From Candidatus Nanosynbacter lyticus (GTDB lineage Bacteria > Patescibacteriota > Saccharimonadia > Saccharimonadales > Saccharimonadaceae): 32,000 nucleotides of DNA. The position numbers and the translations under genes were made by a program. Numbering within the stretch: position 1 is the first letter of the stretch; each line of letters begins with the position of its first letter. The notes beneath the pieces were generated by a model. It was given only the letters and a program-made list of their open reading frames with translations. It was not told the DNA's origin and ran no database searches. The stretch is from the NCBI RefSeq assembly GCF_000803625.1, contig NZ_CP007496.1:90001-122000 (forward strand), written 5' to 3'. Of this stretch, positions 25,583-32,000 are shown one piece after another.

Positions 25583-28081
25583 ATGGCGGATAACGATAAT
25601 AAAAATATAGTAGAACCAGAAATTCTGAACGAAGAACCAGAAATTCGCGGTATTGAGAAGTCGACAGTTGAAAGTGTCATGGAGGACTCCTTCTTAAAGT
25701 ACTCCATGTCGGTTATTATTGACCGAGCTTTGCCTGATGTGCGTGATGGTCTGAAGCCTGTGAATCGTCGTATTTTATACGCAATGAATAAAAATGGTTG
25801 GCGCGCTCCTCATGCTACCGTTAAATCGGCGAAGATAGTCGGTGAAGTTATGGGTAATTATCATCCGCACGGTGATTCCTCGATTTATGACGCTATGGTG
25901 AACTTGGCTCAGCCATGGAAAATGCGCTATACGCTGGTTGAAGGTCAGGGTAACTTTGGTTCTATGGACGGAGATGAGCCGGCGGCTTCTCGTTATACTG
26001 AAGCACGAATGGATAAGGTTGGTGGTGAACTGCTGGCTGATATTGATAAAGAGACGGTTGATTTTCGTGATAACTTTGACGGAACGGAGAAGGAGCCGGT
26101 GGTTTTGCCGTCTGCTGTGCCGAATATTCTGCTGAATGGACAGATGGGTATTGCTGTCGGTATGGCGACAAATATTCCACCGCACAACCTCGGTGAGGTC
26201 GTTGATGCTACGGTGGCGCAGATAGATAATCCTGAGATTACGCTTGACGAACTCCTAACTCATATTAAAGGTCCTGATTTTCCAACGGGTGCAGAGGTTT
26301 ATGGTGGTGCGCCAATGCGACAGGCCTATGAGACTGGGCGCGGATCGGTAACGATTAGGGCGGTTGCGACTATCGAAGAGCGTAAAAACGGTCGCTACAG
26401 TATTATTATCACCGAAGTGCCTTATGGTATGAGTAAGGAGGGGTTTGTTGATAAGGTCCGGGAATTGGTTTTGGCAAAGAAAATAACCCACATCGCTGAT
26501 GCTCGAGACGAAAGTGCCCGTGGTAAGGTTAGGGTTGTTGTTGAGTTAAAGAAGGATGCTTATCCAAAGAAGATTCTTAACCAGCTATATAAATTAACTG
26601 GGCTACAAACATCATTCCATTATAACGTCTTGGCCTTGGTTAATGGTATCCAGCCAAAGGTGATGGGTCTAAAAGAGATTTTGGCGGAGTTTATTAAGCA
26701 CCGTCAAGGGGTTATTCGTCGTAGGACTGAGTTTGAACTTCGCAAGGCTAAGGAACGAGCTCATATTCTTGAAGGTCTGAAGATCGCGCTTGATCATATT
26801 GATGAGGTTATTAAGACAATTCGTGAAAGCTATGACGATGCTGATAAGCGTTTGATGGAGCGATTTGGACTCTCTGAGATACAGGCGGCAGCAATCTTGG
26901 CAATGCAGCTACGACGATTGCAGGGTCTGGAGCGCGATAAAATTGAAGATGAATTGAAGCAGCTTCATGAATTGATTAAGAAATTGGAAGCAATTTTGGC
27001 AAGTGAACAGGAAATCCTCAATGTGGTGAAAGCTGAGCTGTTAGCTATGAAAGACAAATATGGTGATGAGCGGCGCAGTAAAATTATCAATCATGAGTTA
27101 GGTAAGTTCTCTGACGAGGAGCTGATTCCAGAAGAGGAGTCGGTTATTTTGCTGACTAGCGAGAATTATATTAAGCGAACATTGGTTAGCGACTATCGTA
27201 GGCAGAATCGTGGCGGTAAGGGCAAGCGTGGCATGACAACCAAGGAAGAGGATGTTATCGACCAGGTGGTTCAGGCAAGTACTCATGACTATCTACTGTT
27301 CTTCACTAATATGGGTAGAATTTTCCGATTGAAGGCTTACGAGGTTCCGGCCGCCAGTTTGAGCGCTAAGGGTGTTGCTGCGGTAAACCTCTTGCAACTT
27401 CAGCCAGAAGAGAAAATAACGGCAATCATCAAGCATGAAAAGAACGCTAACGATGATGGCTATCTCTTCATGGCCACGCAGAAAGGTACAGTAAAGAAAA
27501 CTCCTGTGAAAGATTATGCTAATGTTCGTACAAACGGATTAATTGCCATTAAGCTTGATGAGGGCGATGAACTTCGCTGGATAAAGAGAACGAGTGGCGA
27601 TAATGACGTAATCATATCTACGTCTGCAGGACAGGCTATCCGCTTTAATGAAAAAGATACGCGGCCAATGGGACGATCAGCGCGTGGCGTTCGTGGTGTG
27701 AGACTGCGTCCAAATGACTCTGTTGTCGGTATGGATATTGTTACTGGCGATGATCAGACTTTACTGGTTGTTAGTGAGAAGGGATTTGGTAAGCGTACGA
27801 AAGTCTCCAATTTCCCAAGTCATAAACGTGGCGGAGTTGGTATAAAGGCTGCGGTGGTAACTGCCAAGACTGGTCCAATAATTTCTGTTCAGACGATTGA
27901 TCCAGAGGTGACTGAGGCGTTGTTGGTCTCTCAGAATGGTCAGACGATTCGTTTGAGTCTGAGCGACATCAAGCTACTTGGCAGGACTACTCAGGGGGTG
28001 ACAATTATGCGCTTTTCTGATGGTGATGCTGTATCGTCGATTGGTTTAATGGCGGATCGTCCGCAGGATGAAGGCAAGTAG
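25583..28081 (+). CDS. gyrA: DNA gyrase subunit A
   Basis: SMSVIIDRALPDVRDGLKPVNRRILYAM, MGNYHPHGDSSIYDAMVNLAQPW, AASRYTEARM (catalytic Tyr), GyrA-box-like RQNRGGKGKRG. Confidence 0.96.
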   Translation: MADNDNKNIVEPEILNEEPEIRGIEKSTVESVMEDSFLKYSMSVIIDRALPDVRDGLKPVNRRILYAMNKNGWRAPHATVKSAKIVGEVMGNYHPHGDSSIYDAMVNLAQPWKMRYTLVEGQGNFGSMDGDEPAASRYTEARMDKVGGELLADIDKETVDFRDNFDGTEKEPVVLPSAVPNILLNGQMGIAVGMATNIPPHNLGEVVDATVAQIDNPEITLDELLTHIKGPDFPTGAEVYGGAPMRQAYETGRGSVTIRAVATIEERKNGRYSIIITEVPYGMSKEGFVDKVRELVLAKKITHIADARDESARGKVRVVVELKKDAYPKKILNQLYKLTGLQTSFHYNVLALVNGIQPKVMGLKEILAEFIKHRQGVIRRRTEFELRKAKERAHILEGLKIALDHIDEVIKTIRESYDDADKRLMERFGLSEIQAAAILAMQLRRLQGLERDKIEDELKQLHELIKKLEAILASEQEILNVVKAELLAMKDKYGDERRSKIINHELGKFSDEELIPEEESVILLTSENYIKRTLVSDYRRQNRGGKGKRGMTTKEEDVIDQVVQASTHDYLLFFTNMGRIFRLKAYEVPAASLSAKGVAAVNLLQLQPEEKITAIIKHEKNANDDGYLFMATQKGTVKKTPVKDYANVRTNGLIAIKLDEGDELRWIKRTSGDNDVIISTSAGQAIRFNEKDTRPMGRSARGVRGVRLRPNDSVVGMDIVTGDDQTLLVVSEKGFGKRTKVSNFPSHKRGGVGIKAAVVTAKTGPIISVQTIDPEVTEALLVSQNGQTIRLSLSDIKLLGRTTQGVTIMRFSDGDAVSSIGLMADRPQDEGK

Positions 28082-28083
28082 TA

Positions 28084-28515
28084 ATGAAAGTTCTGGTAGT
28101 CCCAGTAATCGCGTGGGTGATATCTCAGGGATTGAAGCAGGTCTTTCACCTTATGGGGCGTAATCGTCGAGTATTTAGCGGCGATACCAATCCGAAGATA
28201 CTGCTGTCTGGTGGTATGCCGAGTGCGCATAGTGCGATTGTTGTGTCGATGGCGGTGTTCTTGGGGTTGCAGGATGGGTTGAATAGTTCAGTTTTTGGGT
28301 TGTCTGTTTGGTTGTCTATTATTGTAATGTATGATGCCATGATGGTCCGGTATTCGTCGGGTATGCAGGGAGAAGCGTTGAATAGGTTAATTGTGGAGCA
28401 GGGTAGCAAGCTAAAAAAACTGCGTGTCGCTCATGGTCATACTCCTGTAGAAGTGCTTGCTGGAGCACTCATAGGCGCCGTTGTAGCTATTGTTGTATTT
28501 TTCGCAACAAAATAA
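28084..28515 (+). CDS. Divergent PAP2 / YuiD-family membrane protein
   Basis: LLSGGMPSAHSAIVVSMAVFLG, MYDAMMVRYSSGMQGEALN, VAHGHTPVEVLAGALIG. Confidence 0.88.
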   Translation: MKVLVVPVIAWVISQGLKQVFHLMGRNRRVFSGDTNPKILLSGGMPSAHSAIVVSMAVFLGLQDGLNSSVFGLSVWLSIIVMYDAMMVRYSSGMQGEALNRLIVEQGSKLKKLRVAHGHTPVEVLAGALIGAVVAIVVFFATK

Positions 28516-28528
28516 TTAATAAAACCTA

Positions 28529-28557
28529 TTGACCTATCTAATTAGATAAGGTAAGAT
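28529..28557 (+). promoter_or_regulatory. 16S rRNA promoter TTGACC-N17-TAAGAT with palindromic spacer
   Basis: TTGACC 28529-28534, spacer contains ATCTAATTAGAT (28536-28547), TAAGAT 28552-28557. Confidence 0.6.
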
Positions 28558-28652
28558 TGGTATTAAGTCTGGTTGCTGGAGTGCGAGTTAAGCAACGTTT
28601 TACAATCTGTAAAGTGGAGTAATTGATACTTCAGGCCGGCTTAAAATGAACC

Positions 28653-28679
28653 TTAACAATTTGATTGTGCAATATCATC
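28653..28679 (+). promoter_or_regulatory. 5' half of 16S precursor processing stem
   Basis: TTAACAATTTGATTGTGCAAT (28653-28673) is complementary to 30352-30372 over 21 pairs (one G-U). After a bulged A, TCATC (28675-28679) pairs with GATGA (30347-30351). Confidence 0.8.
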
Positions 28680-28729
28680 GTCAGTTTATATTTTTGTAGA
28701 GCCTTAATACTTTGATACAAAGTAGATTT

Positions 28730-30205
<1,476 letters not shown>

Positions 30206-30346
30206 CTAGGGAGAATAGATGCCAATTTGTCGAGCAATCACAAATTGAGCTAGGTCGGTCTCGTAAATATGCTGAGCTTACATATTTACAACAGTCCTCT
30301 CGAGGACGAGACAAAGTTCAAAAACCTTCTCTACGATAAGCCGATT

Positions 30347-30372
30347 GATGAATTGCACAATCAAGTTGTTAA
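30347..30372 (+). promoter_or_regulatory. 3' half of 16S precursor processing stem
   Basis: GATGA + ATTGCACAATCAAGTTGTTAA, complementary to 28653-28679. Confidence 0.8.
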
Positions 30373-30376
30373 ACTA

Positions 30377-30404
30377 GAAAAGTCCCTTCGTGAGGGGCTT
30401 TTTT
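30377..30404 (+). terminator. Intrinsic terminator of the 16S transcript
   Basis: AAAAGTCCC-TTCGTGA-GGGGCTTTTTTA, 5 nt after the processing stem. Confidence 0.85.
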
Positions 30405-30493
30405 ATATAATATGGGCGTATTGCTATTTTTACAGCTACACTAATAGAAAAGTGACCAAGCAAACCTAGTCACTTAAAAGGCGCACGGTCTTA

Positions 30494-30733
30494 CTAGAGT
30501 CCGCCGCCAAAGAGCGAATTTAGCAGCCAGTTCAGTGGTATGGTATGTAGGCTGAGCATGATGGCAAATCCCACCCCGCAGGTTATGAGTCCCCAGAATT
30601 TGAAGCGCTCGTAACTGCTGATGCCGCCTCCTAGGTTGTCAGCTAATTTCTGATGAAAAATGACGACTAATCCGCCAGCTGTCATAATTAAAATTCCAAA
30701 AAATAATGCGCCAAAACTAAATTGATACAACAT
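30494..30733 (-). CDS. Small two-TM membrane protein, hypothetical
   Basis: 79-aa ORF MLYQFSFGALFFGILIMTAGGLVVIFHQKLADNLGGG...; hydrophobic profile. Confidence 0.6.
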   Translation of the reverse strand: MLYQFSFGALFFGILIMTAGGLVVIFHQKLADNLGGGISSYERFKFWGLITCGVGFAIMLSLHTIPLNWLLNSLFGGGL

Positions 30734-30795
30734 ATTATTTAATTATACACTTGTCATAATTAAAAAGATACTGTACAATTAAAAAGTCTTGGCAA

Positions 30796-30870
30796 TGGGG
30801 ACATAGCTCAGTTGGCTAGAGCACCTGCTTTGCAAGCAGGGGGTCCAGGGTTCGAGTCCCTGTGTCTCCA
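30796..30870 (+). tRNA. tRNA-Ala (anticodon TGC); CCA encoded at 30871-30873
   Basis: GGGGACA/TGTCTCC acceptor with G3-U70 Ala identity pair; CCTGC-TTTGCAA-GCAGG anticodon arm. Confidence 0.95.
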
Positions 30871-30924
30871 CCATATGGGGTGAAGTAGGCTTACGTCTAC
30901 GACACTCCACCAAGACTGCAATGA

Positions 30925-30998
30925 GGGCGATTAGCTCAGCTGGTTAGAGCGCGTCACTGATAATGACGAGGTCGGAGGTTCAAGTCCCTCATCGCCCA
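30925..30998 (+). tRNA. tRNA-Ile (anticodon GAT); CCA encoded at 30999-31001
   Basis: GGGCGAT...ATCGCCC acceptor, CTGATAA anticodon loop, GGTTCAAGTCC. Confidence 0.95.
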
Positions 30999-31023
30999 CC
31001 ATTTATGATCTTTTTGATCGTAC

Positions 31024-31097
31024 GGGCGCTTAGCTCAGTTGGCTAGAGCATCTCGTTTACACCGAGAGGGTCGGGGGTTCGAGTCCCTCAGCGCCCA
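31024..31097 (+). tRNA. tRNA-Val (anticodon TAC); CCA encoded at 31098-31100
   Basis: GGGCGCT...AGCGCCC acceptor; CTCG-TTTACAC-CGAG anticodon arm; GGTTCGAGTCC. Confidence 0.95.
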
Positions 31098-31107
31098 CCA
31101 AGTATTT

Positions 31108-31137
31108 CTCACCAATGTGGTGAGTTTTCTTTTTTTA
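31108..31137 (+). terminator. Terminator of the tRNA Ala-Ile-Val cluster
   Basis: CTCACCA-ATG-TGGTGAG-TTTTCTTTTTTT. Confidence 0.9.
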
Positions 31138-31161
31138 GTGCGTTTAAGTATAATAAAGGTT

Positions 31162-32000
31162 ATGTATAAGTGTTTTATTAAGCCTGTTCTTTTTTTATTG
31201 TCTCCCGATGCAACTCACAAGCTAATTATTTTCTGCGGGCGTGTAGCTCAATCTTTGCCGCCTACTAGGTGGTTCATTCGTAAAATGTGGAGTTTTCAAG
31301 ACAAGTCCCTTCAGCAGGAAATAGACGGTGTTAATTTCTGTAATCCAATTGGACTTTCTGCTGGATTTGATAAGAATATTCAATTATCGCCACTGATGGA
31401 GGATGTCGGCTTTGGTTTTGCCTCGGGTGGGTCAGTGACATTAGAGCCAAGAAAGGGTAATCTAAGGCCGTGGTTTCACCGTTTGCCTAAGACAAAGTCC
31501 GTAGTGGTGTATGCCGGCATGCCAAATTATGGATTAGAAAAGATAAGTAATTACGTCAAAGCTAATCAGACTAAGATCCAGTCAATGCCGACAGTTATCT
31601 CGGTGGCGGTCATTGCCAATAAATCTACTAAGGACAAGCTTGGGCCAAAAGTTCCAGAAGAATATATAGTTAAGGACATAAAAAAGGCAGTAAATTATAT
31701 TATAGATAATAACTTGGCAAGTATTGTGGAAATTAATATATCTTGTCCAAATGCCGGCAAGGAGCCGTTTATCTACCCAGAAAGTTTAGAGATTCTGCTA
31801 AAAGAGATTGATACTATAGATAGAAATATTCCTTTTTGGATAAAAATGCCACACCTATATGACATTAATCAATTTGATTCGCTCCTAAAAGTTATTGTGA
31901 AGCATAATATTCAAGGTGTGACAGTGGCCAATTTAGTAAAAGATCGTACAAAAGTGGAAATAAAAGATCCGTTGACCGATGAAATCCGTGGTGGTTTGAG
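31162..32000 (+). CDS. pyrD: Dihydroorotate dehydrogenase (class 2-like), 3'-truncated at window edge
   Basis: Translated by hand: MYKCFIKPVLFLLSPDATHKLI...NFCNPIGLSAGFDKNIQL...FGFASGGSVTLEPRKGNLRPWFHRLP...EINISCPNAGKEP...IPFWIKMP...GVTVANLVKDR. Open to the window end, absent from the track. Confidence 0.88.
   Translation, partial: MYKCFIKPVLFLLSPDATHKLIIFCGRVAQSLPPTRWFIRKMWSFQDKSLQQEIDGVNFCNPIGLSAGFDKNIQLSPLMEDVGFGFASGGSVTLEPRKGNLRPWFHRLPKTKSVVVYAGMPNYGLEKISNYVKANQTKIQSMPTVISVAVIANKSTKDKLGPKVPEEYIVKDIKKAVNYIIDNNLASIVEINISCPNAGKEPFIYPESLEILLKEIDTIDRNIPFWIKMPHLYDINQFDSLLKVIVKHNIQGVTVANLVKDRTKVEIKDPLTDEIRGGL

Noticed and set aside
25775-26491. Several overlapping plus- and minus-strand ORFs in gyrA
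   Set aside because: Shadow frames of gyrA, whose frame is continuous and motif-rich.

Overview
This 32 kb window reads as a compact chromosomal segment of a Saccharibacteria (TM7)/CPR-type bacterium. That placement rests on gene content, 16S features and domain architectures; no database was searched. Coding content: ndk, a thrS lacking the TGS domain, an ATL-miaA pair, an MBL-fold protein, rpmB, an M50 protease, infC-rpmI-rplT, comM, a type IV secretion coupling-type ATPase locus, an LPKTG surface protein, gyrB-gyrA, a divergent PAP2 protein, and a 3'-truncated pyrD at the right edge. RNA genes: 16S rRNA, rnpB, tmRNA, and tRNAs Arg-CCT, Thr-CGT, Val-GAC, Ala-TGC, Ile-GAT and Val-TAC. No CRISPR array or clear mobile element was seen. 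The items most worth follow-up are: (1) an unclassified ~150-nt RNA at 12484-12634, with its own TATAAT, a 23-bp closing helix and a U-run, packed between the M50 gene and rnpB; (2) an unclassified ~235-nt multi-helix RNA at 17203-17437 upstream of the secretion-ATPase locus; (3) a minus-strand stand-alone transcript at ~6950-6751, with a consensus promoter, a terminator and an apparently leaderless 47-aa ORF; (4) a tmRNA predicted to encode a 26-aa tag and having a non-canonical T-loop; (5) a free-standing 16S gene with its own promoter, ~26-bp flanking processing stem and terminator, not followed by 23S; (6) infC with no ATG/GTG/TTG start, implying AUU initiation.
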